Source of the DNA: Octopus bimaculoides
Lineage: Eukaryota
DNA length: 64,000 nt
NCBI RefSeq assembly: GCF_001194135.2
Contig: NC_068992.1
Location: 49,633,467-49,697,466 of the forward strand
Direction: 5' to 3'
The position numbers and the translations under genes are program-made. The notes under the pieces were generated by a model that did not search any database, was not told the DNA's origin, and saw only the letters and a program-made list of their open reading frames with translations. Of the stretch, positions 41,201 through 51,661 are shown in pieces; positions within the stretch are counted from its first letter, which is position 1, and each line of letters opens with the position of its first letter.

Positions 41201-41517
41201 TCTGGTTGTTGAAAATCTATCTCAACAAATTCTATCTGACCTGTGAAGCATGGAAAAGTGATGTTAAAAATGATGATGATGATGTCACTGTTTTGTGGTT
41301 GGGAGGTACCCACCAAAGATGGAATGAACGTAAATCCAATGTGTTTACTTGTTTGTGGCCTAGCAGAGTGTTATAATTCAAACAAGAGCAGTAGAATATT
41401 TAGGCCACTACTTACTTTTGTGGCAGAGTCTGTTAACTTGTATCCAGGTTCTTGTGGACTTGGGATCGCTACCGTTGACTGAGGTGGGGGAAACTGGGTT
41501 TTTGTTTTGTCAGTCAT
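35147..41517 (-). CDS. ANKRA2: Ankyrin repeat family A protein 2 / RFXANK-like; join complement(41416..41517, 40639..40774, 39815..39900, 39343..39409, 38064..38129, 36953..37176, 35586..35733, 35147..35217); 900 nt, 299 aa
   Basis: PSTVITNLQRGN..ISIHQKAAQGEL..INKPDEQGLTALLWAAANGQLATVEYLLQNGA..ENALLFACCYGYIDIVKLLL..GNTALMYAVNNNHASCVKLLLEAGADLT..AMDLAVSHNHKSVQNVIENHLL, collinear with ANKRA2/RFXANK. The phases are consistent. Confidence 0.92.
35586..35733 (-). CDS. ANKRA2: ANKRA2 coding exon 7
   Basis: SGNTALMYAVNNNHASCVKLLLEAGADLTMANEDQLTAMDLAVSHNHKS; tttcag/gtaggt. Confidence 0.95.
36062..36626 (-). mobile_element. Tc1 transposon remnant in an ANKRA2 intron
   Basis: ORF 36261-36527 WTALSPDLNPVEHLWDEIQRQL..WTQVP..NHLMHSV.RQCMAILNTQGEHTQY is the Tc1 DDE_3 C-terminus. 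The right end reads TA|CACTGAAC..AAAAGAAATGCG; the left TIR is degenerate. Confidence 0.88.
36953..37176 (-). CDS. ANKRA2: ANKRA2 coding exon 6 (ankyrin repeats)
   Basis: LNINKPDEQGLTALLWAAANGQ..VNYVDE; ttccag/gtaagt. Confidence 0.96.
38064..38129 (-). CDS. ANKRA2: ANKRA2 coding exon 5
   Basis: ISIHQKAAQGELVLLWQESTD; tttacag/gtgagt. Confidence 0.9.
39343..39409 (-). CDS. ANKRA2: ANKRA2 coding exon 4
   Basis: PSTVITNLQRGNVQTTTPSIFQ, resembling the ANKRA2 STTLTNKHRGNEVSTTP segment. Confidence 0.9.
39815..39900 (-). CDS. ANKRA2: ANKRA2 coding exon 3
   Basis: ESHVQKYSAINKNRKSDLAIKVTPSPFR; ttccag/gtaggt. Confidence 0.8.
40639..40774 (-). CDS. ANKRA2: ANKRA2 coding exon 2
   Basis: HVTSRSRVPISPVKKL..LEVATVLAE; cttccag/gttaaa; open frame, phase fits. 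Confidence 0.72.
41416..41517 (-). CDS. ANKRA2: ANKRA2 first coding exon (MTDKTKTQFPPPQ..DSATK)
   Basis: Acceptor ttccag lies 4 nt before the ATG, implying an upstream UTR exon. Donor gtaagt, phase 0. Sequence is poorly conserved, so this is inferred from splice signals. Confidence 0.7.
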
Positions 41518-41759
41518 ATTTCTGGAACAGTCAAGAAGAAACTGCAGAAGAGAAAATATTTTGAAAGTTTTAAATTTTGGATTAAAACATATTCCTATGT
41601 CTAACTACAATAAATACATCATTGCCAAAAAAAGATAAACACAAGCTCTCTGCCTCATTCTACCACCAACCATAAAACTAACTGAAAGAGGGACAACATT
41701 AAACCCTCAACAGTACTCTAACCAAAGATTAATTATCCTTGCTCCATTGATGAGCATAG

Positions 41760-41995
41760 ATGATGGTGGCAGCAAGAAATCTAATCTTATTCTCACAGCT
41801 ACACTCTTGGAACATTCACCTCCACTACTAACTTGGTCGCCTTGATAACAGAAGCTATCTACTACCTCTAGTTTGCCCACCTGGCAGTTGATGGAGTCTA
41901 TTCTCTGCACATTTTCAGTGTTTATTGTGCATCTTTCATATACAAAAGCTAGTTTCCCTATTAACCTTCCTCTGATATGCTGTACCATTTATGTG
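41760..41995 (-). mobile_element. RTE LINE RT remnant
   Basis: GKLEVVDSFCYQGDQVSSGGECSKSVAVRIR resembles LEVVDSF.YLGD.IS.GGGC..SV.ARIR. Confidence 0.75.
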
Positions 41996-43779
41996 TCCAA
42001 GGCTTACATCAGGTGCATCTTACGGAGTTTCTACCTACGCCTTTTTCTACAGATCGAACAGGGCCATATACCTGAAGGGATTTGTGATTTTTCTGCCTTC
42101 CTACTTACTAAGACTTTGGTTTTTACTAGTTTAACTCTAGGGTCCTTCGATTCTAGGCCTTGCTTTCACACCTGGAACTTCTCTATACACGCACAAACAC
42201 ATATATATCTTTTACTTGTTTCAGTCATTAGACTGTGGCCATGCTGGAGCACTGCCTTCAAAATTTTTTAGTCAAATGAATTGACCTCAGTACTTGTTTT
42301 TTAAAGTCTGGTACTTATTCTATCGATCTGTTTTGTTAAACTGTTAAGTTACATGGACGTAAACGCAGTAACCACGTGAACCCGGAACCATGTGGTTGGG
42401 AAGCAAACTTCTTACCAGACAGCTACGCCAAAATAATTACTGAATATGTGTGTGTGTGTATTCGTGACCCAATACATAATGTTTGGCAGTGTTCTGACGA
42501 CTTGAATTACATGGTAGGTAGCTCGTCTTTCCAGTTAGCTAGAGTTATCTCCCCTTTACATAAAGTCATTAGAATGTTCTCGTTGCTTATTTATATTCTT
42601 TTTTTTATTAATAAACACATAGGAATATGTACTTAGATATATGGACGGAGTATTGAAATAGCCATAGCTATCGGTACTTCATGGAGAAGGAAAAGGGAAA
42701 GGAATTTCGATGAGATTTTCTTTTTATCCTTCTTCTTTTAGTATTCCTGTATTACATGTTTATCTTTAAATTTGGAACTTTCATCCTTTGTTTTATATTT
42801 AATCATAATGAGCTTACTGCTACAGTGATTAGGTGCTTTTCGTACAAGAAAGTTACGAGTGAAATAATTTTTGTGCTTGAATTTTTTTTTACATTACTCT
42901 TCGCCCTTTTCTTTCCCTAAAAAGTAGGGATAACCATTTCAAAACTCTGCTGTTAACAAGTATAAAATAAAAACTTAAAAAAAAAAAAATCACACATCCG
43001 ACTGTAAACGTTTCGAGCAATAAATTTCATATAGCAAATACTATATATATGCATTCATTATACATTATGAAATCGCGAGGTTTGACAGCTGAAGTCATGT
43101 TTACGAAAAAAATTTTTTTTAAATCTAAAACTTCACTCCTAATATTGACAAACAATCACATCGATTTTAAGTCTAAACTTGGTGTCTGCAACGTTGTTGG
43201 TACCCAGCTTTAAACATTGCTTCCAAAATCCATAAGTAGTCTTTTCTTTTTCTTTTTTTTTCTTTTAGTTAACCAAACAAACTGAATGTCATAAAATTGT
43301 CAAAAGATCAAAGATAATCAGATATGCCGACTGACCAACCACACACACATATTCAAGTCTCATGACGGGCAATTAGTGTCGGACAACTACACACACATAC
43401 ACACGAGAATGATATATATATGTATCTAAGTGTGATTACCTATCCCTAATATTAAGAAATTTACTTAGGTTTTTGTTATGTGTCATTTATGGTTGAAATA
43501 GATAGAATTGTCAAAAAATGTTTACATACGCGCACAAAACCAAATACATATGCATTTACACACACATGCATGAAAAGAATATGTGTAAATAGATAGATAG
43601 ATAGGCAAAGAGAGATAGATAGATAGATAGATGATAGATAGATAGATGGATGGATGTATACGGTGAAGACACCAGCTTACGAAATAAATAAAAGCACATC
43701 TTCGAACAATAACACTTACAGGATGGAATAAGAAACTGATGAATGAAATAAAAAAATTGATCTAATCAATCAGCAATGC

Positions 43780-43910
43780 AGTTATTAAAGCAGAACCTAT
43801 TAATAACTGTACCAGAAGCGTTTCCGTACAACTTTTAACACGGGGTTATTTCATTGGCTGAGATCTATTAACGCATGCGTACTATCATAAGCAGGTTAGA
43901 TTCGCTACTG
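43780..43910. promoter_or_regulatory. Probable bidirectional promoter shared by ANKRA2 and SERF
   Basis: Reverse CCAAT (ATTGG 43853-43857) and palindrome ACGCATGCGT (43871-43880). The SERF ATG is 130 nt downstream. A minus-strand donor gtaagt lies at 43719-43714. Confidence 0.55.
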
Positions 43911-44010
43911 AGCAGAGGTGAGAGTTGTGGGTGAGCAAAAAGAACAATATCATCGAAAGCGAAGAGATCTGCTGTTGTTTGGAAAGAAGTGAATGAAATA
44001 GAGAGAGGAA

Positions 44011-44017
44011 ATGAGTC
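44011..44017 (+). CDS. SERF2: SERF coding exon 1 (7 nt, ATGAGTC)
   Basis: Perfect gtaagt donor; phase 1 completes CGT (Arg) with exon 2. Confidence 0.85.
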
Positions 44018-45435
44018 GTAAGTTGCTCATTGAACGTTTTTTAAGGAATACTATTTTTATATTATATTCATATTTTTTTATTTACTTGTGTTATTTCTAT
44101 GTTTATAGGTGTTTCTTTTTCTTCGAAATAACAATTATCTCCGCCCGCCATGTTTTGTCCTACATTTTGTCCTACATTTCATCGTCATGTCATTTTCGCT
44201 TTCTTTCTTTCTCTCTCTCTCTCTCTCTGTTATATTCTCTCTTTTCTGTATAATAAATTCAGATACTCTCTCTCTATATATATATATATATTCTCACACA
44301 CTGTAGTTTTTGTAGTATATATATATATATACGCACACTGTATTCAAATAGTATACTTTATACACACGCACACACACACACATGTATATTGACTTGGGGA
44401 AACAAAATGACTGAAATAAGTTTTCCCCACACCGATCAGTTTTCTTTGAGCAAAGTAAATTTGTTTATATTGTGTGTCTATTGCAGTATATTCGCACCCT
44501 TTTTGGGACATATTCTGTTTCGATATTCTGTTAATGTTTCCAATTTTCCACAGACCCAGTGCCAGTAAAGTGCTTGTGTATGTACTTATGTATGTATAAG
44601 CTTATATATANNNNNNNNNNNNNNNNNNNNNNNNNNNNNNNNNNNNNNNNNNNNNNNNNNNNNNNNNNTATATATATATATATTACTGGAGATAAGTCTG
44701 GAACAAACGTCGTTTGTATTTTCACACTAGCTAATAGATAAACATACAGTGTTTTTTTTAATTCATTCTCAACGCAAAAACAAGACTACAAGAAGTGAAG
44801 GATTTCAAAGTCAACAGGAAACAAATCTGAAGACAAAGTGTTTGATGTCGTCTAGGAAATAAAGGTCTGTCCCCTAACTAACAGTAATTTTGTAAGGTCC
44901 TAGATTGTTTTCTGGACTTTTGAAAGATTAAAAGCAATGCTGACCTGGCGGTGAGGATATTCTGATCGGAGACAAAGGAAATTTGCATCTGTCATTTTTT
45001 GACATCCACCGCCCCCCTGGAAGGTATACAAGGTGTTTGTCTACATATATTTTGTAGTGTGTATACACACACATACCGTTTATACATATTTTATATGTAC
45101 ACACACATATATACGCACATATATGCATGCACACAGGTGTTTTTATATATATGATACACATACACACACACAACACTCACACGCACACATTCTCTTGGTG
45201 ATTTTGATAGCTTATCTATATAGATATATATGTATATATGAACCCAGCTAATAACATGTCTTGTGCAAGTCGCTTATTGTGATTGCTTTGAAACGGAACC
45301 TTTCAGATAATAAACAGCTGATAACTTTTATAGGAGAAATATACGAGTACCATAAGAGTATTTTGGACCCACTTATTTTAGTAACAAAAAGTATTTGGTA
45401 ACTCCTGTGATTATCAGCGGCTTCCACTGAATGTG

Positions 45436-45487
<52 letters not shown>

Positions 45488-48400
45488 ATGTGTGTGTCTG
45501 TGTCGGTGTGTGTATATATATGTATGTATGTAATGTTGAGTATAAAGTAATGATTAACTTTGGATCTATGTATATGTGTCTACCAAATGTTATAATTTAA
45601 TTAGACTTATCTAAAATACACATTTTTCTTTTTGCACTCTTATTAAATCACTTACGCACTCGATGTTCTTACATTTAGGAATTTGTAGGAAGTGGTTAGT
45701 TTTCGTAGTTTGACCTCTTGTCATCGTTGGAATCTTGTGGACTACACCAATGATAATAATTGACGGAGTTTCAGATCACTTTCCCTGGATTTTGTCATTT
45801 AAATTTTTCCCCGTGTGTGTGTGTGTTTAAAGAAATGTTTAAAAACCCTGAACATTATGATTTATCAAAATTTCAACTTTTCTCCGTTAGTTTTTTATTT
45901 TTGTTGACATTATCCGGTTTTTCGTTTTCTCCATTTTTGTGTGTTTGAAATATCGGAGATACGATTCTCCTAATCCTTTCAGAAAATTTCTAAACTTTTA
46001 TCGCTTCAATCTCTTTTTCGAATTAAAAAAACTGTTTGATTAAACATTAAAAAAAAAATTCTTGACGAACACGAGCGTAATAAAGAAAACATATATGAGA
46101 TTATTTATTAGTCCCCCACTGTCAACGTTCTGAAGAAGTCTTAAACTTGCATGTGTAGAAGAGAATGGACACGCGTAATCTCTCAATACAAGTGACGAAA
46201 TGCTTTACCCTCTCAGTCCTTGGCCCCTATGTCTAACTTTACCCTTTACCTGGGCTCTTGAACAAAATAACAAATAGTTGTATACACAGCCCAGTAGTAA
46301 ACTATTGCTAGGCCTATCTCTCAACTACCGTGTATGTTCATTACAGGCAAACTCTTTCTCACACACACAAATACCAGAGAATAACAATAATAGAGGCCTG
46401 TCTTTCAACTAACGTATTTGACCCGAATCATTCATTCTCTGCGTAAGGCCAAACTCATCGTCCGGAAATTACCATCAACAACTTCCTCAACTGTAAGGAG
46501 TCTGGGCCTTGTTCGTTTACCAGGCTAAGTGTTGGGTTCGTTATACGCTCGTTTCATCGCAAGAATCTTTTTTTTTTCTTTTTCTCGATTAAAAACAAAA
46601 GTCAACTTTAACTCTGGGGGAACGCCATTAACAATGAGTCATAAACACATTTGACAACAAAGCAAAAAGGTGATCAGTTGTCTTTTTGTGTTTTTAGTGT
46701 TTTATTTTTTCTTTTCTTGTGTTGTTCAATTACCACTTCAATGGGAAACCAATAGAGATTACGGTGGCGGAGGTAAAGAATGCGCACACCACCCGTTTTC
46801 GGCGTAACCGTAAACCTAATCACCGAAAACGAGTGATGTGCGTATTCTTTACCTTCGCCGATTACGGTTAGGCCATTGCTGCTTTACTGGGAACCAGGTT
46901 GCGATAGGGTTAAGTTAAGGAACTTTATGCGAGAGGTTGAGATAAGAGGGCAACGGAAAGTAGGTTCCTCCCCCTTTTACAGTAATTGTGACATGTCATC
47001 TTATTGCCTACGTCACTTTTGAGGTTTTGGGTGGAGTTTGGAACTGAGAGACCCATCACATTCACATACATCCTCTCTCTCTCTCCGTCTTTGTGATGCT
47101 ACTGCTGTTTTTTCTCCATTTTCTCAGCATTGTTGCCTATTAAGCATTTTTGAGCAAGTTAACAGGAAAATCAGCACTTTTTTTTCATTATTTAGCACTT
47201 TTAGCAGAATACACATGTACACAGCTTGTCAGGAATTTTGAAATAATATTTCATCCAAATTTAAACTAATAAAAACATTTTTGTAACTTTATAACTGGAA
47301 ATATTTAGGACTTTTGACACTCTGTGAAGAGAAATGACTGATTAGAACAATTGTCCAAGACTGTGCATTGATATTTGCCAGTTATACTTGTTTTTCAGTA
47401 AGTTGTTTCATAACTGAAATTATTATTATTATTTTAAAGAATTTTGCCTTCAAATTACATGGTGTTGGGTTCAGTCCCACTGCATGGCATCTTGGGCAAA
47501 TGTTTTTTCTATTGTAGCTCTTGGCTAAATACAGCTTTGTGAATGGATCTGGTTGGTGGAAACTGATTGAAGCTCATCGTATAATTGCATGTATACGTAT
47601 GTCTTCATGTTTGTTCCCTACCATTGCTTGAGAACTGATATTGGTTTTTGTTTACATCTCTGTAGCTTAGCAGGTCAGTAAAATAGCCCAATAGAATGAA
47701 TGCCAGGCTTTAAAAATATGTACTGAGATCGATTCATTCAACTTAAACCTGGCAAGGCAGGACCCTGGCATCACTGAAACAAAAGATAAAAGAAAGAATC
47801 TCCCTTTTGCTTTTGCTGTTTTTGATAATGCAAGAAAGTAGGAAAGCACATCAGATTTGGAAAGTAATTGCTTACTGTGCTGATAATATTAAGTGGCTGT
47901 TAGGAGGTGAGCTGGTGGAGTCGTTAGCATGCCAGGCAAAATGCCTAGAGCATTTTGTCCATCTTTACATTCTGAGTTCAAATACCGCTGGGTGCATTGC
48001 AAACTTTGTAGATGTGTCATCATTGCAAAATATTTTGTTAGTAAACCATTACTAAACGTAAAGTTGCATAGAACAATAGTTCTATTTGAAGCAATTCCTG
48101 TTAAGAAATTTCTTGAAAGAAAACATGAAATCTTGATGTTCAAGCCTGTAGCTACAGCAAATATTCTGCTCAATACCACAGATTGCTTGTCAGTTGCTTG
48201 ACCTTAACCAGTTGAGCATGTCCCTTAGTGGCTGATGATATGTGCATCTCTGATCATGAGCAAAAGTGGTGGAGGAGCATCATAGCCATGTGTTGAGAGG
48301 AATTCTTTGGGATTTGGATAATTCACCTTTCATAACCTGGGTGTTTTGTTCAACATCCTTAAACAACCCATATTCACGGACCATTTGAGTGGGATGGGCT

Positions 48401-50773
48401 ACTCGACCTGAAGAAAATTCTAATTGGGCCCCACCTGCACGGTGCTAAACTTGACCTAATATTGAGCAAATTTGGGGACAAATTTATTTTATTCCGAAGT
48501 TGTTACTGGAGGAACTCCCTTTGTAGATATTGGCAGCATTTGCTCTTAACTTTTTAATGTCCTGAAATTCAAATGTTTTGATAGAAAGTCTATTAAGTAG
48601 CACAAATATTTTAACAAACCCAAATTGAGAAATACGATGGAATTGCTCACTCTGTGAAATGTGGTCTGTAACTACCTGACAAATGCTGCCAAGATTGTTT
48701 ACTTGAAGTAAAATTAGTACAATAGTTACCACTTTGTAACACCATAAATACTGAAAACTTATATTTGTTGGAAGTGGATTAAGATATGTTAGCAAAGTTC
48801 AAATATATATTTTTCTTTTTGTTGTTTAATAAACTAGCATTATTTTTTCTGAATATATTTTTAGCACCCTTTTGCAGAAAGTCTAGCTTAAAACTGCAAT
48901 TTTCCTTAGCAACACTACTTTCCAGGTGTGTTATGACTTAGTAACTTGTTCTCTCTATTTTGGTGTTGAAGTTGCTGCTTTTAAACCTGGATTTTAAGTC
49001 TTATATTATGCTCCATTCCTTTTAATGATTTTCAAATTTTCGTTTTGAAGACCAGATTCAGAATCTGTCCTGATCCTCCAAATTTTTTTAATAAACTATA
49101 TGAAAAGCCGTTTCTTTTTTTTTTTTTTTAACAATAGGCACAGGTGTAGTTGTATGGTAAGAAGCTTAATTCCCAACCACATGGTTCTTGATTCAGTTCT
49201 CAGATTGGTAGATTTGATAGACGGAAACCTTTTGTTCATAACTTATCTATGTGTGTATGTGTCTTTGTGTCTGTTTGTCCCTCACCACTGGTTGACAACT
49301 GGTGTTTGTGTGTTTACATCCCTTTAACTTAGCAGTTCCGCAAAAGAGACCGATAGAATGTGTACCAAGCTTAAAAACAAAACTAAGTGCTGGGGTCGAT
49401 TTGTTCAACTAAAAATTCTTCAAGGTGGTGCCACAGCATGGCCGCAGTCTAATGACTGAAACAAGTAAAAGATAAAAGATTATAGTAAAGGAATCTTGAT
49501 CCAGTCTTTTGTATATCTATCGGAATAAAGAACATGGGAAGCAAACTTCTCAACCACACAACCACATCAGAGCTGATGTGAAGGCTTTCTTGCGAGTATC
49601 TTATAAAACACACTTGAGCTAAGTTTTCTGCATAGACAGAAGCTGAAACCCTGTTTGAACTGCATTAAGTAATTTGAAGGCTGATCCTTGTCATAGTGTT
49701 CAGGTACATGTGTCTGCAGAATATATAGTAGGTCAGTTGATCAATCAATTTGAACTCTGATTTGCATAAACTCGTGTGTGCGTGTGTGTGTGATTCATTT
49801 ATATTCATATTGCTGTAGATGATGTATTATTAGTGGAGAATGAGGATATTGTGTGTGTGTGTGTATGCACACATTTGTTGTAATTTCAGCATGTTGAAAT
49901 AAATATTTTCTTGAAATTCCAGGTGGTAACCAAAGAGACAAAGCCCGGCAGAAAAATTTGAAAAAGCAAGAAGAATCTCGAAAGAAATCTACAGCTGATA
50001 AGAAAACTGGCAATAAGGGAATGACACTTGAAGAACGAAGACATAGGTAATGACCTGTTTTTATATTTTGTTTCACTTTAACTACAACTTAGTTAACTGA
50101 AGTATTTAGTTATAGATTCTGTTAGATTGTACAAGAAGTATATAGGGAAGTAGAGCATGGGCACTTTGATGTGGCACAACCATGAGTACCTTACACCATC
50201 AGAAAGGTTCAGCGTCCTGAGTTGGTTATTCAGTACTTCATCCCATATATTTTTGATCATTTATCTCTACCTTTCCCTGTGTTATTTGTTAGGATCAGGT
50301 GCCTTGTATTTTTTCTATTTGCTGGTCCCATGTTGATGGATATGAGTATGTAAATCCATATAAAAAAAAAACATACATGACCTTGCAGCACGGTCATGTA
50401 AACACAAGCGATGGTCAGTGCATTATGCGTAGCTGAGCATTGTGGTTATTCACTGGGGTGCATTTTTGTGCTACCAGCAGACAACAGCGACCCCATGGTA
50501 TCACTGATCAATTCATAAGCTTAGCATTGTGAACAATGTTAAGCTTATGGATTCACGTTATCCTGGATTAATGATGGATGAATTGTGGTAAATGATGCTA
50601 TATGAACATATAGGCGTAGGAGTGGCTGTGTGGTAAGTAGCTTGCTTACCAACCACATAGTTCTGGGTTCAGTCCCACTGCGTGGCATCTTGGACAAATG
50701 TCTATTACTATAGCCTCAGGCTGACCAAAGCCTTGTGAGTGGATTTGGTAGATGGAAACTGAAAGAAGCCCGT

Positions 50774-50820
<47 letters not shown>

Positions 50821-50851
50821 GNNNNNNNNNNGGAAACTGAAAGAAGCCCGT

Positions 50852-50919
<68 letters not shown>

Positions 50920-51238
50920 TGTGTCTGTGTTTGTCCCCCCCCAACATTAGCTTGACAACTGATGCTGGTGTGTTTACGTCCCCATAACTTAGCGGTTTGG
51001 CTAAAGAGACCGATAGAATAAGTACTAGGCTTACAAAGAATAAGTCTTGGGGTCAATTAGCTTGGCTAAAAGGCAGTGCTCCAACAGAGGTAAAAGTTCC
51101 TTGAACTTTCTCTATCCCATTCTTATTCTAGCAATTGCACTTATTTGTTGTTTAATGTCCATTTTCCATGCTGGCATGCATTGGACAGTCCACCAGAAAC
51201 CAACTGCTGAACTTTGGTATAGTTTTGATCGAAGCCTG

Positions 51239-51270
<32 letters not shown>

Positions 51271-51661
51271 CTTTGTCTTCTTGCCTTCACATCGCTTGAT
51301 ATTTGTAAGTGAATGTTGTCATCATGTAAGTGGTGTAATGTTTCCAGTCTTCGATGAAAACATGTCTCGTCATGGGGAAATATTATCTTACTTGGAAACA
51401 GTTGAATGTTTATGACAGGAAGGACATCCTCTTGTCGAAAACTACCATGACACATTCTGTCTGCCGCATGCAAATATGGAAAAGTAACTGTTAAAATGAG
51501 AATGTTGATGATGTATGTTTTTGATTGCTGAATTTATTGGTTGGTTCTAAATTTTTACTTTTTATTACTTTCCTGATTTTAGAGATGCTGACATAATGCG
51601 TAAAAAACAAGAGAAGAATAAAGCCACGGAACCAGCTGGATCTGCAGTTGCTGAAAAATAG
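44011..51661 (+). CDS. SERF2: Small EDRK-rich factor (SERF1/2 family, 4F5 domain); join(44011..44017, 49923..50046, 51583..51661); 69 aa
   Basis: MSRGNQRDKARQKNLKKQEESRKKSTADKKTGNKGMTLEERRHRDADIMRKKQEKNKATEPAGSAVAEK*, matching the 4F5 signature M.RGNQR..ARQKN.KK..RD.EIM..KQ. First exon is ATGAGTC|gtaagt. The symbol is family-level: this is a single pre-duplication homolog. Confidence 0.93.
46766..46859. other. Long imperfect inverted repeat (37-bp stem, 20-nt loop); candidate structured RNA or pre-miRNA
   Basis: Arms 46766-46802 and 46823-46859 pair at 33/37 positions by Watson-Crick, plus 2 G.U and 2 C.A. Confidence 0.8.
49137..49480 (+). mobile_element. SINE family A copy
   Basis: Homology to 4261-4669, including the GACTGAAACAAGTAAAAG tail. 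Confidence 0.82.
49923..50046 (+). CDS. SERF2: SERF coding exon 2
   Basis: GNQRDKARQKNLKKQEES..EERRHR; ttccag/gtaatg. Confidence 0.95.
50613..51087 (+). mobile_element. SINE family A copy (contains an assembly gap)
   Basis: GGCGTAGGAGTGGCTGTGTGG head; homology to 4261. Confidence 0.85.
51583..51661 (+). CDS. SERF2: SERF coding exon 3
   Basis: DADIMRKKQEKNKATEPAGSAVAEK*; ttttag acceptor. Confidence 0.92.

Noticed and set aside
47807-48795. Cluster of 80-100 aa ORFs in SERF intron 1
   Set aside because: They overlap decayed SINE B and other repeat-like DNA, and show no motif or splice-phase support.
50751-50900. Direct duplication of about 70 bp inside a SINE A copy
   Set aside because: The two copies flank a 10-N gap, so this is most likely a contig-overlap artefact.
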